Part shown: positions 21,389 to 32,368 of the stretch, one piece after another
How positions within the stretch are numbered: the first letter of the stretch is position 1
How the letters are laid out: each line of letters starts with the position of its first letter
Source: an uncultured Gammaproteobacteria bacterium
GTDB taxonomy: Bacteria; Pseudomonadota; Gammaproteobacteria; UBA6002
Reading direction: 5' to 3'
Assembly: GCA_963705725.1 (NCBI GenBank)
Contig: CAVPKM010000017.1
Location: 105,391-169,390, forward strand
DNA length: 64,000 nucleotides
Made by a program: the position numbers and the translations under genes
Notes under the pieces: model-generated
Databases searched by the model: none
The model's input: the letters and a program-made list of their open reading frames with translations, nothing else
What the model was told of the DNA's origin: nothing

Positions 21389-23872
21389 GTGCTGATGCTT
21401 ATTTTGGGTGAAATTCTAACTGAACTAGTAATTATTTTTTTATTGTTTTTCTTTAATGTATCACTTTTTTTAAGTACGCTAATTCTTCTGGCTGGCTTAT
21501 TTCTGCTCACCTTGCTACACGGATTAAATCTCGTCTTGATTAGTACTTGGATAGTCTTCTTAACCGCGGGTATTTGTTTAAATATACCCATCTTACGTAG
21601 GAAATTGATTACCGCTAAAATATTTCAAGCTGTCAAAAATAAGTTGCCTGCTATCAGTGAAACAGAACAAGAAGTCCTCCAAGCAGGAGATGTTTGGTGG
21701 GAAAAAGCATTGTTAACTGGCCGGCCTAATTGGTCAAAATTTTTAAAATTTTCCAAAGTTAAATTAACACCCGAAGAAGAACAATTTTTAAATATACAAG
21801 TGGATACACTGTGCTCCCTGTTAGAAGATTATAAAATTGTAAAAGAGGGAAATTTACCCAGTGAAGTTTGGAATTATATTAAGCAAGAGCGTTTTCTTGG
21901 GTTAGTGATTCCCAAAGATTATAATGGTCTTGGATTTTCAGCATTTGCACATTCAACCATCATCCAAAAAATTGCTTCAAAAAGTTATAGTGCAGCAGTG
22001 AGTGTGATGGTTCCGAACTCAGTTGGGTTGGCAGAATTTATTTTGCACTATGGGACAGAGGAGCAAAAAACTTATTACTTACCTCGCTTTGTAGTAGGTG
22101 AGGAAATTCCTTGCTTTGCATTAACTACCCCTAGTGCTGGCAGTGATGCAGGTTCAATGACTGATAAAGGAATCGTTTGTTATAGGGAACAGTTAGGAGA
22201 AAAAAAGCTTGGTGTCAAAATAACATTTGATAAACGATATATTACGTTAGCGCCAATTGCCACCTTAATTGGATTAGCATTCAAGCTATCTGACCCCAAT
22301 CACCTCTTAGGAGGGGTAGAAGATCGAGGCATCACTCTGGCGATGATTCCGCGCGATACCATAGGAATAGAAATTGGAAAATATCATTCACCCTTAATGC
22401 TGGGTTTTTTAAACGGACCGGTGCGTGGAGAGGAGGTGTTTATTCCCATTGATTATATTATTGGCGGAGTAGAGTCAGTTGGCCGAGGTTGGTCCATGAT
22501 GATGGAATGTCTGTCAGTGGGTAGAGGGTTATCACTCCCTGCTTTGAGTACAGGAACGGCAAAACTTTGTTTCCGTATGACAAGTGCCTATGTCAATATT
22601 CGTGAACAATTTCACTGTGCAATTGGTCATTTTGAAGGAATAAAAGAAGCATTGGCAAGAATTACCTGTTTTACTTATTTATGTGAGGCAACTCGGTGCC
22701 TAACTGTTTCTGCTATCGATCAGGGAATTAAACCCTCAGTTGCTTCTGCAATCACTAAGTACCACTTAACTGAATTAACCCGTAAAATTGTCAATGATGC
22801 GATGGATATTCATGGCGGACGCTCCATACAACTCGGGCCAAATAACTATTTAGGTTTATACTATATCGCCCAGCCAGTTAGCATCACAGTGGAAGGTGCC
22901 AATATTTTAACACGGAATTTAATTATTTTTGGTCAGGGAATGCTGCGTTGTCATCCTTACATTAAAGCTGAAATTGATGCGCTTAATGAAAAAAATAAAA
23001 AAAAGGGCTTAGCAAAATTCGATCGATTATTCTTTAAACACCTGGGATTGGTGCTTTCAAATCTGACGAGAAGCTTGTTCTATGGTTTGAGTAATGGGAG
23101 AGGAATTCGTTCTCCAGTGAGTGATGAAACCGCATTTTTTTATCGTCAGTTAACTCGTATGAGTGTGGCACTTGCTTTAATTACCGATTTGTCTCTTGCT
23201 GTAATGGGGAAAGCATTAAAACAGCATGAAAGACTGACTGCGCGCTTGGGAGATGTGCTTAGCTATTTATACTTGGCTTCTGCCACATTAAAATATTATG
23301 AAGATCATGACAAGCCGATTGCCGATTTTGTGCTAATTAAATGGATCGAGCAGTATTGCTTATACCAGATAGCCACGACTTTTGAACTTTTTTTTGCGAA
23401 TTTTTGTTCTAAACGCTTAGCTAAAATCATTAAATGGATAATTTTTCCTTGGGGGAATCGTTATCGTTTACCACTTGATGAGCAAGATCATCAGGTAGCG
23501 GACATCGCAATGCAAGAAAGTCAGGTTCGTGACAGAATAACTAAGCACATTGATTTGGGTCATGATAATGACATTCGAAAAAAAATGGATCTCGTCTATA
23601 CGTTACATTTACAAGTAAAAGCGGCAAATCAAAAATTATTACAGGCAATCAAAGCTGGAAAAATAATAGAAAATAATAGTTACCAGCAAGTACTTGCAGC
23701 TAAAAATGCAAATATTTTGACAGATAAAGAAGTCAACCAATTACTGGCATTAGACAGATTGAGACTTGAAGTCATTCAAGTAGATGAATTTGTAGCCATT
23801 CCTCCGTGGATAATTGAACAAGGCGGAAAGTGTTTAGAGGAAGAGGAGGGCCCTCCCTCCTGTACTGAATAG
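21389..23872 (+). CDS. fadE: Acyl-CoA dehydrogenase FadE
   Basis: N-terminal TM segments, ISETE, CFALT.P.AGSDA, KRYITLAP, ITVEGANILTR; exact start uncertain. Confidence 0.93.
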   Translation: MLMLILGEILTELVIIFLLFFFNVSLFLSTLILLAGLFLLTLLHGLNLVLISTWIVFLTAGICLNIPILRRKLITAKIFQAVKNKLPAISETEQEVLQAGDVWWEKALLTGRPNWSKFLKFSKVKLTPEEEQFLNIQVDTLCSLLEDYKIVKEGNLPSEVWNYIKQERFLGLVIPKDYNGLGFSAFAHSTIIQKIASKSYSAAVSVMVPNSVGLAEFILHYGTEEQKTYYLPRFVVGEEIPCFALTTPSAGSDAGSMTDKGIVCYREQLGEKKLGVKITFDKRYITLAPIATLIGLAFKLSDPNHLLGGVEDRGITLAMIPRDTIGIEIGKYHSPLMLGFLNGPVRGEEVFIPIDYIIGGVESVGRGWSMMMECLSVGRGLSLPALSTGTAKLCFRMTSAYVNIREQFHCAIGHFEGIKEALARITCFTYLCEATRCLTVSAIDQGIKPSVASAITKYHLTELTRKIVNDAMDIHGGRSIQLGPNNYLGLYYIAQPVSITVEGANILTRNLIIFGQGMLRCHPYIKAEIDALNEKNKKKGLAKFDRLFFKHLGLVLSNLTRSLFYGLSNGRGIRSPVSDETAFFYRQLTRMSVALALITDLSLAVMGKALKQHERLTARLGDVLSYLYLASATLKYYEDHDKPIADFVLIKWIEQYCLYQIATTFELFFANFCSKRLAKIIKWIIFPWGNRYRLPLDEQDHQVADIAMQESQVRDRITKHIDLGHDNDIRKKMDLVYTLHLQVKAANQKLLQAIKAGKIIENNSYQQVLAAKNANILTDKEVNQLLALDRLRLEVIQVDEFVAIPPWIIEQGGKCLEEEEGPPSCTE

Positions 23873-23891
23873 TCAATAAAGGACGAAGTAT

Positions 23892-25184
23892 ATGACAGAC
23901 AAGCAATTTCAGGGTGACGTGTTTATTGTTGATGGTGCACGGACGCCATTTTTAAAAGTAAAAGGAAAGCCGAATCCTTTTTCTGCAACAGATCTTGCCG
24001 TCGCCGCAGGAAAATCACTACTTGCGAGACAATCCTTTGATCCGAAAGCAATTGGTGAGCTAGTGCTGGGAAGCGTGATGCCTCGAGAAAATGAAGCAAA
24101 TATTGCGCGTGTTACCGCTTTGCGTCTTGGATATGATGAAAATATACCGGCTTTTACTGTCCAACGAAATTGTGGTTCTGGAATGCAAGCCATTGATTCT
24201 GCAATGAAAGATATTTTATCTGGCCGCCACGACTTAGTGCTGGCGGGAGGGAGTGAGGCGATGAGCCGATCACCCCTTCTTTATAATGAAGAATATGTTA
24301 ATTGGATAACCAAATATAAAGCCGAAAAAAGTTTGATGAACAAACTAAAAGTTTTAGCCAAGGTAAAACCACGTTATTTTATGCCCGAAATCGCTTTAAA
24401 AAAGGGGTTAAGTGATCCGTTGGTCGGGTTATCCATGGGGCAAACTGCGGAAAAATTGGCTTATGAATTTGATATAAGCCGAAACGAAATGGATGGATTC
24501 GCGCTGAACAGTCATGAGCGGGCAGCTTTGGCCATAAAGCAAGGTTATTTCAAAGAAATAATCACCCTCTATGATAAAAGTGGCCATTACTATGACCAAG
24601 ATACTGGCATTCGATCAGACACATCACTTGAAAAGTTAGGTCAATTAAAGCCGATGTTCGATAAGTTCGGTTCAGTGACGGCTGGAAATAGCTCCCAAGT
24701 GACAGATGGCGCTGTCATGATCCTTCTCGCCAGCGAGAAGGCAGTGCAAAAGTACAATTTATCTATTTTGGGACGAATTGTTGATGTCAATTGGGCTGCG
24801 CTCTCTCCAGACAGAATGGGGTTAGGGCCCATTTTTGCAGCTACGCCTTTGTTAAAAAGGAATCAGCTCACTTTAAAAGATATTGATTATTGGGAGATGA
24901 ATGAGGCTTTTTCCGCGCAAGTATTGGCTTGTAGGAAGGCCTGGAATGATAAAGCATTCTGTCAGCAAGCCTTAGGTTTAGAGGCTGAAATGGGAGAATT
25001 AGATTTAAGTAATTTAAACGTGGATGGTGGAGCGATCGCACTTGGGCACCCAGTTGGTGCAAGTGGGGCAAGAATTATTCTCCATTTATTAGAAATTATG
25101 CAAAGGCAACAAGCAAAACGCGGCATTTCTATGATTTGCATTGGAGGTGGTCAAGGAGGCGCAATGCTACTTGAACGCGCCTAA
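23892..25184 (+). CDS. fadI: Acetyl-CoA C-acyltransferase (FadI-like thiolase)
   Basis: RTPF, NCGSG, NEAF, GHPVGASG, CIGGGQG motifs; upstream of a fadJ-like gene. Confidence 0.9.
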   Translation: MTDKQFQGDVFIVDGARTPFLKVKGKPNPFSATDLAVAAGKSLLARQSFDPKAIGELVLGSVMPRENEANIARVTALRLGYDENIPAFTVQRNCGSGMQAIDSAMKDILSGRHDLVLAGGSEAMSRSPLLYNEEYVNWITKYKAEKSLMNKLKVLAKVKPRYFMPEIALKKGLSDPLVGLSMGQTAEKLAYEFDISRNEMDGFALNSHERAALAIKQGYFKEIITLYDKSGHYYDQDTGIRSDTSLEKLGQLKPMFDKFGSVTAGNSSQVTDGAVMILLASEKAVQKYNLSILGRIVDVNWAALSPDRMGLGPIFAATPLLKRNQLTLKDIDYWEMNEAFSAQVLACRKAWNDKAFCQQALGLEAEMGELDLSNLNVDGGAIALGHPVGASGARIILHLLEIMQRQQAKRGISMICIGGGQGGAMLLERA

Positions 25185-25212
25185 AGCTATTTGCAATTGA
25201 GGGAGTAAGACT

Positions 25213-27327
25213 ATGGAACAACAAGTATATAAAAATTGGAAGATGAGGCGAGATGGGAAAGGAATACTTTGGCTCGCGATCAATCGTGATTCAAGCCGAG
25301 TTAACTCATTAAATCAAGAAGTGTTGCAAGAGTTAGATCAATTGCTTGATGAAATTAAGACGGATTCTTCTATCAATAGCGTAGTCATCTATTCAAGTAA
25401 AAAAACAGGTTTTATTGCAGGTGCGGATATCACGCAATTTGTAGAGCTGAAATCTGTAGAGGAAGCGTTTAACTTGATTAGACAAGGGCAACTTGTTTTT
25501 AACAAATTGGCAGATTTGCCCAAACCTACTACGGCCATGATAGATGGTTTTTGCTTAGGGGGAGGATTAGAACTCGCATTAGCTTGCCGTTATCGAGTTG
25601 CCGAAGAAGAAAGTAAACTCGGTTGCCCAGAAGTACATCTTGGCATTATTCCTGGCTGGGGAGGGACAGTTAGATTACCTTTATTAATTGGTGCGCCACA
25701 GGCCATGCGGTTAATTGCAACTGGAAAAATGATTAGTGCGAAAGAGGCATTAAAGCTTGGAATGGTTGATGAAGCACTTCCAAGACGAGTATTAGAAAAA
25801 GCGGCTTTTTCCTATGCATTGGACACTCCGCCCATTCATCGACCGACGTTCTTACAATCTTTAACAAATTCTGTCGTCGCCAGACCGCTTTTGGCAAAAA
25901 TGTTTGTGGCTAAGTTAAAAGAAAAGGTTAATTCCTCTCATTACCCTGCCCCTTTTGAAGTCATTCAAAATTGGGAAACATTGGGACCTGAAAATCCCAA
26001 TGCCATGTTACGAGAAGCAAGATCCATTTCCGAATTATTAGTTCATCCTACTGCGCATAATTTAATTCGCGTTTTTTTCTTGAAGGAGAGACTAAAAGGA
26101 TTGGCAAAAGGATTGCGGTTTAAATCCAAGCATGTGCATGTTGTGGGGGCCGGTACCATGGGAAGTGGAATCGCCGCTTGGTGTGCGATTAATGGGTTAA
26201 TGGTGACGCTCCAAGACCAATCTCCGGAGCGAATCGCAGCGGGATTGAATAAAGCCAATCAGATTATAAAAAGTAAACTCCGTTCAGAAAGGAAAGTTTT
26301 AGTGGCGATGGATTATATCAACCCTGATGTCCAAGGATTGGGTGTGTCTAAAGCAGATATTATTATCGAGGCCATTGTTGAAGATTTAGTAGCAAAGCAG
26401 ACGCTTTATAAACAGCTAGAAAAAGAAATGAAACCCTCCACCTTGCTTGCAACCAATACCTCGAGCTTAACTTTGAGTGAGCTGCGAAAGACATTGGATA
26501 ACCCTTCTCAACTAGTTGGCATTCACTTTTTTAATCCCGTTGAAAAAATGGAGTTAGTAGAAGTTATTCATGATGAAGAGACAGATTATAACCGGGTTGA
26601 GGATGCAATCGCCTTTGTCAGGCAAATTAATCGCTTGCCTCTGCCAGTCAAAAGTAGGCCAGGGTTTCTAGTCAATCGAATTCTTATGCCCTATCTTCTG
26701 GAAGGGATGATTTTGTTAGAAGAGGGTATGCCGGCTTTTGTGATTGATCATGCTGCTAAAGATTTTGGGATGCCAATTGGCCCACTTGAATTAGCAGATA
26801 GGGTGGGTCTTGATGTTTGTTTATCGGTGGCCGAGATATTTGCCCATCATTTTGGCGGAAAAGTGCCAGCTAAATTACAGGACAAGGTAACAGAAGGAAA
26901 ATTTGGCACTAAGTCAGGCGAAGGCTTTTACCGCTATCAAGCAGGAAAATTAATACAATCACACCGCAATATCCCAGAAACCTTAGCTATTTCTAAACAG
27001 GACCTGACTGATCGCCTAATTCTTTGCATGATAAAAGAAGCAGAAATCTGCCTGCAAGAAGAAATCGTTGCCGATGCTGACTTGCTAGATGCCGGCATGA
27101 TTTTCGGTACAGGCTTTGCGCCTTTTCGCGGAGGACCAATGAATTATGCAAGGACAAGAGGGCTTAGTCAGATAAACGAGAGGTTAGTGCAATTGGCTAA
27201 TCAATATGGTGAAAGATTTAAACCTGGTCATTATCAGCAAACCCCTTCTTCAGAAGCGCCTAATCCTGATGCCTTTACTCAATCTGAGAAAAAGGCATCA
27301 GTGCTATCAGAAACAAATATTCATTAG
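25213..27327 (+). CDS. fadJ: Fatty-acid oxidation complex alpha subunit (enoyl-CoA hydratase / 3-hydroxyacyl-CoA dehydrogenase)
   Basis: FIAGADI, GGGLELAL, GAGTMG, TNTSS, HFFNP, PGFLVNR motifs. Confidence 0.92.
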   Translation: MEQQVYKNWKMRRDGKGILWLAINRDSSRVNSLNQEVLQELDQLLDEIKTDSSINSVVIYSSKKTGFIAGADITQFVELKSVEEAFNLIRQGQLVFNKLADLPKPTTAMIDGFCLGGGLELALACRYRVAEEESKLGCPEVHLGIIPGWGGTVRLPLLIGAPQAMRLIATGKMISAKEALKLGMVDEALPRRVLEKAAFSYALDTPPIHRPTFLQSLTNSVVARPLLAKMFVAKLKEKVNSSHYPAPFEVIQNWETLGPENPNAMLREARSISELLVHPTAHNLIRVFFLKERLKGLAKGLRFKSKHVHVVGAGTMGSGIAAWCAINGLMVTLQDQSPERIAAGLNKANQIIKSKLRSERKVLVAMDYINPDVQGLGVSKADIIIEAIVEDLVAKQTLYKQLEKEMKPSTLLATNTSSLTLSELRKTLDNPSQLVGIHFFNPVEKMELVEVIHDEETDYNRVEDAIAFVRQINRLPLPVKSRPGFLVNRILMPYLLEGMILLEEGMPAFVIDHAAKDFGMPIGPLELADRVGLDVCLSVAEIFAHHFGGKVPAKLQDKVTEGKFGTKSGEGFYRYQAGKLIQSHRNIPETLAISKQDLTDRLILCMIKEAEICLQEEIVADADLLDAGMIFGTGFAPFRGGPMNYARTRGLSQINERLVQLANQYGERFKPGHYQQTPSSEAPNPDAFTQSEKKASVLSETNIH

Positions 27328-27341
27328 GGGGTGAGTTAACA

Positions 27342-27734
27342 ATGTCAGAGGCGCTACTTGCAAGCTTACCGGAACGTGAGCCAGTACTTAGGATCAAAAC
27401 CTTGCCAAATGATGCAAATAAAACAGGAGATATTTTTGGCGGTTGGTTAATGTCGAAAATCGATATAGCGGGTGCAATCATTGCTGCGAGAAAAACAAGA
27501 GGCCATGTTGTTACCGTAGCAGTAAAGGAATTAATATTTTTGCAACCGCTTTTCGTTTATGATTTGGTTAGTTTCTACGTTGATATTATCAAGATAGGAA
27601 AAACTTCCATTACGCTTAAAGTCGAAGTTTATGCAGAGAGAATGACGCACCCCGGTTTTGTTAAAGTTTCTGAAGCAATTTTGGTTTATGTGGCTGTAAG
27701 CCAGCCCGGCGTTAAGCGCGTTATTGCAGAGTAG
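27342..27734 (+). CDS. Acyl-CoA thioesterase (YciA-like hotdog fold)
   Basis: DAN..GDIFGGWLMS..DIAG motif. Confidence 0.92.
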   Translation: MSEALLASLPEREPVLRIKTLPNDANKTGDIFGGWLMSKIDIAGAIIAARKTRGHVVTVAVKELIFLQPLFVYDLVSFYVDIIKIGKTSITLKVEVYAERMTHPGFVKVSEAILVYVAVSQPGVKRVIAE

Positions 27735-27746
27735 CCATGCAAACAG

Positions 27747-29054
27747 CTAGAGAGTACTCAAGAAGGCGTTAAGGTCTTGATGAGTCTCATCGTCAGGCAT
27801 AGTTAAATCAAGATAATTGTTGTCCCCAGTGTCATCAATACTAGTAGCCCGCTGACGAACTTTAAAAAATGCGGTCTGGGTAGGCTTAATGGGCTTGGGT
27901 GGCTCAGGTTCTCGTTCTACACCAATAGTGATATTTTTAAGTTCATCTTGAGATTCTCGTACTTCAGAGATCCAGTTTCCTCCTGAGGAAATAATAAATG
28001 TAGCAGCAGCAGCTGAATAAGTGATAGCAGGAATGACTGCCTTCTCCTTTAGTGCCAACCACACTGTTAATGCAGTATCAATGCCGTGAATTGGCGCGCC
28101 GAAATAAAGCAAGTAATGGGCTATTTTTGAGGCAAGATCGGGAACCCATCTTTCTTCTTCTTCATCGTTGTGTGGCACATTCGCAATTTTCTCTAGATTC
28201 TTTTTAGTAAAAGCGCCTTCAAATAGAAAGGTTTGAATCAAAATGATATTACTTATCAATAGGGTAAAAAGTGCAGAAAAGATACCAATTGGTACGGAAG
28301 CATAAAGCGGCATTTCCAATACATCGAGAATAGCAGTAGGAGGAATAAAAAGTATCACTGGAATAATATGCTCAAGCGTATCGGCGATTGAACCAGTTAA
28401 GCGAATAGATTTCCGAATAAATGGATATTGCACTAATAAACTTGCTAAACTTTTCATTTTGTTAGTAAACGCTTGATCATAAACATGAATTTGGTGCTTT
28501 TCGATTGAGAATAATTTTCTGATTTCTTTCCAAGTTGCTGGCACCTCATTGGTAAGTGAAAAGGGCGCATCGAATAAGAGATAATAAGCAATAACGCTTC
28601 CCACTTCTGCATGACTGAGGCCTGCTAAAGGGAGATTTTCACTATAAAAACCTTGGATCCAGGCTTTTGTTGCAGACAACATTAAAATATTGGCTAAAGG
28701 GTCAGATAAAATTGTTGCAGTAAGATAAGCGTATTTCATGAGGGTGTAGGGAATAAGTCGACTAGCAGGAGCAGGCCCCAATAAAGGCTGAATTTGTTCT
28801 TCATCAATTTCTTGTGCTATTTCTTCTTCCTTTCCAAAAAATTTACGGATAAAAGGACCTTGAAAGCTATAGAGTGTTAGGAAAGAAACTAATCCCACTG
28901 CTACCCCGGTGACAATTGCAAGATCAAGAGCAAAATCGGGTGTGACTTTCTTGTCGGGATCTTCAAAGGAAACGATAAGGCCAAGGCCTGTATCTAAAGC
29001 ATCGGTGCCGGATTCTACAAGACTAAAAAGTGCTGATGCGATTTTACCAAGCAT
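27747..29054 (-). CDS. Hypothetical multi-pass membrane protein, orphan / effector-like
   Basis: Several hydrophobic segments, acidic loops, hydrophilic tail; AAGG before ATG 29054; family not recognised. Confidence 0.7.
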   Translation of the reverse strand: MLGKIASALFSLVESGTDALDTGLGLIVSFEDPDKKVTPDFALDLAIVTGVAVGLVSFLTLYSFQGPFIRKFFGKEEEIAQEIDEEQIQPLLGPAPASRLIPYTLMKYAYLTATILSDPLANILMLSATKAWIQGFYSENLPLAGLSHAEVGSVIAYYLLFDAPFSLTNEVPATWKEIRKLFSIEKHQIHVYDQAFTNKMKSLASLLVQYPFIRKSIRLTGSIADTLEHIIPVILFIPPTAILDVLEMPLYASVPIGIFSALFTLLISNIILIQTFLFEGAFTKKNLEKIANVPHNDEEEERWVPDLASKIAHYLLYFGAPIHGIDTALTVWLALKEKAVIPAITYSAAAATFIISSGGNWISEVRESQDELKNITIGVEREPEPPKPIKPTQTAFFKVRQRATSIDDTGDNNYLDLTMPDDETHQDLNAFLSTL

Positions 29055-29155
29055 AATTTTACCTTTTATTAATAATAATGCGTTAAGCATCCAAAAAATA
29101 TTAGAATTCTATTATGGATAAGTTAGTTGGCAAGGTAAAGAAAAAATTTCTGAAA

Positions 29156-29545
29156 CTATCGTAAAAACCGTATTGTGAGAGGATAGCGAAAAGGATTACC
29201 ATGTGCAGTTTCAACAGCGGCAATGATCATGGCAATGATATGAAACAAGGCAACAAGGAAAATTAAAAGAAAACCAATAAATAATATGACCAACAATATT
29301 GAAGCAAGGTAATAGATACTGATAGAGATTTGGAAATTAATGGCTTCCTTCCCTTGCTCGTCAAGGTAAGGAAAAGATTGTCGTTTGAATCCCCAAATTA
29401 ATAATGGAGCAATAATATTTGCGATTGGAAACAAAAATCCAGCAAAACCACTCAAATGACAGACCATTGCCCAATGAATGGCTTCAGAGGAGGGGGGAAT
29501 CACAGGTTGAGGTTGTTCTATTGCTTCTTTTTGATCATCCGACAT
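29156..29545 (-). CDS. DUF4870-like small membrane protein
   Basis: WAMVCHLS, PLLIW, GKEAINFQIS, FRYPLTIRF. Confidence 0.88.
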   Translation of the reverse strand: MSDDQKEAIEQPQPVIPPSSEAIHWAMVCHLSGFAGFLFPIANIIAPLLIWGFKRQSFPYLDEQGKEAINFQISISIYYLASILLVILFIGFLLIFLVALFHIIAMIIAAVETAHGNPFRYPLTIRFLR

Positions 29546-29608
29546 AAATTTACACCAATTATTATGACTTTTAATAGATTATAGTCCTTATTTACGGTAG
29601 TAAACAAA

Positions 29609-30082
29609 ATGTTAATTAAAATAAAATCTGCTCTGCAAATTTTGGAAGTTGAAAATAAAGGGAGGGTAGCTCGATCCTATTCCATTTCTACGGCAAAAAA
29701 GGGATTGGGTGAGAATAGGGGTAGTGAAATGACACCCCGCGGATGGCATCAAATTAAAATAAAAATTGGTCAAAACTGTCCTCCCAATACGGTTTTTGTA
29801 GGGAGACGCCAAACAGGGGAAATCTATTCCAAGGCCCTAGCCCAGCAATTCCCAAACCGTGATTGGATACTGACTCGTATTATATGGTTGACAGGTCTTG
29901 AGCCGGGTGTGAATCAATATGGTAATGTCGATACATTAAGACGTTATATTTATATCCACGGCGTGCCAGATGAGGTTCCCATGGGGATAGCGCTCTCTCA
30001 TGGCTGTATACGTATGCGCAATCAGGAAATAATCGAATTATTTAATCTGGTTTCACCAGGAACACAGGTTTTGATTAGTTAA
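29609..30082 (+). CDS. L,D-transpeptidase (YkuD family)
   Basis: TPRG, YIYIHG, SHGCIRM motifs. Confidence 0.93.
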   Translation: MLIKIKSALQILEVENKGRVARSYSISTAKKGLGENRGSEMTPRGWHQIKIKIGQNCPPNTVFVGRRQTGEIYSKALAQQFPNRDWILTRIIWLTGLEPGVNQYGNVDTLRRYIYIHGVPDEVPMGIALSHGCIRMRNQEIIELFNLVSPGTQVLIS

Positions 30083-30131
30083 AAATATCATGCTATAAAC
30101 TACCAATTAGCAGAACATTTATGAGAGCGAT

Positions 30132-30728
30132 ATGCAAAGGTCAGAAGAAATTCTAAAATATTGGTTTGGCACAATGGATGAGTCGGCCTTTCCTTCCAAT
30201 CAGCGAACCCATCTCTGGTTCTCTGAAGATAAAGAGATCGATGAAGAAATACGATCCAAGTTTTCTTATGACTTAGAGAGAGCTGTGCTTGGCGAATATG
30301 TGGATTGGGAAAAATCGGCCCGATCTTCGCTCTCGCTAATTTTACTTTATGATCAATTTTCAAGACATATTTATCGTAATACCCCCTTAGCCTATGCCCA
30401 GGATCACCGCGCGGTGGATCTCTGTTTGCATGGTATTGAAAAACAATTTGATCATGTGATTAGTTTAATCGAGCGCACATTTTTTTATTTTCCGTTAATG
30501 CATTCGGAAAATATTGAAATTCAAGCGACCTCAATTCGTGCTTATAAAATTTTAGTAGACTTATCCTTTCCAGAGGCGAGAACCATTTTTGAAAGTTTTC
30601 TAGAATACGCCCTTAACAATTTTGACATCATTAAACGCTTTGGTCGTTTTCCAGAACGAAATGAAGCCTTAAATAGAAAATCCTCAAAGGAAGAAATAAC
30701 CTATTTGACGAAAGAAAAAAAATCATGA
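30132..30728 (+). CDS. DUF924 family protein
   Basis: IL.YWF, DQFSRHIYR, F.YFPLMHSE, RFGRFP.RN. Confidence 0.9.
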   Translation: MQRSEEILKYWFGTMDESAFPSNQRTHLWFSEDKEIDEEIRSKFSYDLERAVLGEYVDWEKSARSSLSLILLYDQFSRHIYRNTPLAYAQDHRAVDLCLHGIEKQFDHVISLIERTFFYFPLMHSENIEIQATSIRAYKILVDLSFPEARTIFESFLEYALNNFDIIKRFGRFPERNEALNRKSSKEEITYLTKEKKS

Positions 30729-31675
30729 GCCAGGGTCATGTCATGCTAGACCTTGAAGGTTGTGCGTTGACAATGCTTGAAAAAGAAATCCTAGCGCATC
30801 CACAGACAGGTGGCATTATTCTTTTTTCTCGGAATTATGAATCAAAAAAACAACTGACTGCCTTAACTAAAGCAATTCGCAAGATAAAGGGGGCGATGCT
30901 CATTGCAGTCGATCAAGAAGGCGGCAGAGTCCAGCGTTTTAAACAAGAATTTACTTGTTTACCTCCCTTCAGCGCTTATGGTGAACGTTATGATCAGGAG
31001 CAAGAAGCGGCTTTGGAGTATGCCAAGAAAATGGCCTATTGCATGGCAAAAGAACTCCTTGATTGTGGCGTAAATGTGAGCTTTTCGCCAGTACTAGATA
31101 TAGATCATGGTAAAAGTGAAGTGATTCTAGATCGTAGTTTTCATCAAGATAAAGCAGTGGTTATCGAGTTAGCTCGTGCCTTTATCGCTGGCATGCACCA
31201 AGCAAAAATGCCAGCAACTGGAAAGCACTTTCCGGGTCATGGCGCGGTGAAAGCCGATTCACATCACACCTTGCCAGTTGATTCGCGTTCTTTTGAAGAA
31301 ATAGCATCGAGTGATCTACAGCCATTTTGCAAATTACGTGATGACTTGGATGGAATGATGCCATCTCATATTTTATACGAAGCTGTAGATACCGCTCCTA
31401 CTTGTTTTTCATCGAAGTGGTTAGAAGATATTTTGCGACAACAAATTGGTTTTCAGGGAGTGATTTTTAGTGATGATTTAAGCATGGCAGGGGCAAAATT
31501 TTTCACTGATTTGGTAGAACGGGCAGAAAAAGCCCTAACAGCAGGTTGTGACATGGTATTGGTTTGCAATCAGCAAGAACAAGCAATTCGTGTCATCTCG
31601 CATCTTGAAAAATATCATCATCCCCTTTCAGAGCAACGTTTACAGCGGTTTACAGCAATTCCTGCATGGAGATAA
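30725..31675 (+). CDS. nagZ: Beta-N-acetylhexosaminidase
   Basis: DQEGGRVQR, KHFPGHG...DSH, SDDLSM motifs. Confidence 0.96.
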   Translation: MSQGHVMLDLEGCALTMLEKEILAHPQTGGIILFSRNYESKKQLTALTKAIRKIKGAMLIAVDQEGGRVQRFKQEFTCLPPFSAYGERYDQEQEAALEYAKKMAYCMAKELLDCGVNVSFSPVLDIDHGKSEVILDRSFHQDKAVVIELARAFIAGMHQAKMPATGKHFPGHGAVKADSHHTLPVDSRSFEEIASSDLQPFCKLRDDLDGMMPSHILYEAVDTAPTCFSSKWLEDILRQQIGFQGVIFSDDLSMAGAKFFTDLVERAEKALTAGCDMVLVCNQQEQAIRVISHLEKYHHPLSEQRLQRFTAIPAWR

Positions 31676-31679
31676 AGTC

Positions 31680-32246
31680 TTGATTAAAATTCCTGAGGAT
31701 ATTCGTGTTATTTACGAAAAAGCAACGTGTATCCATTCGCGAGAAGCAGTTGAACACGCGCTAGATGATATGGCACTTGCTATTTCAAAGGAAGTTTCTG
31801 AGGTTTATCCCGTTTTTTTATGCGTGGTGGTGGGTGGAATTATTCCACTTGGAAATTTGTTAACACGCATTATCTTTCCATTAGAAATTAATTATATACA
31901 TGCAACTCGCTATCGAGGGGCATTAGTTGGCTCTGATTTAATTTGGCAAGCAAAACCGACCTGCTCGTTAAAAGACAAGGTCGTGGTTATTGTTGATGAC
32001 ATTTTAGACAGCGGACTGACACTGTCAGAAATTATTCGTTATTGTGAAGAGCAGGGTGCTAAAAAAGTCTTAACAGCAGTTTTAGTGGATAAGCACCACG
32101 CAAGACAGCCAGGAGGTTTAAAGAAAGCGGATTTCACCGGGCTAGTAGTAGATGGCCATCATTATGTCTTTGGTTATGGAATGGATTATCGCAACTATCT
32201 GCGTAATGCACCGGGTATTTTTGCTATTTCACCTGAACATCAATAA
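31680..32246 (+). CDS. hpt: Hypoxanthine-guanine phosphoribosyltransferase
   Basis: HATRYRG, IVDDILDSG.TL, YVFGYGMDY; TTG start at 31680 after GGAG. Confidence 0.92.
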   Translation: MIKIPEDIRVIYEKATCIHSREAVEHALDDMALAISKEVSEVYPVFLCVVVGGIIPLGNLLTRIIFPLEINYIHATRYRGALVGSDLIWQAKPTCSLKDKVVVIVDDILDSGLTLSEIIRYCEEQGAKKVLTAVLVDKHHARQPGGLKKADFTGLVVDGHHYVFGYGMDYRNYLRNAPGIFAISPEHQ

Positions 32247-32368
32247 GTGAATTTAGCGATACCCTTCAAGGGGAGTTTCCTTATAAACATATATTAAGCA
32301 TAAAAAATATTCCAAAAAAATAAAAATAATGTATTATTAGATTTTTTTATTGATTTGGTGGGTTTGTA

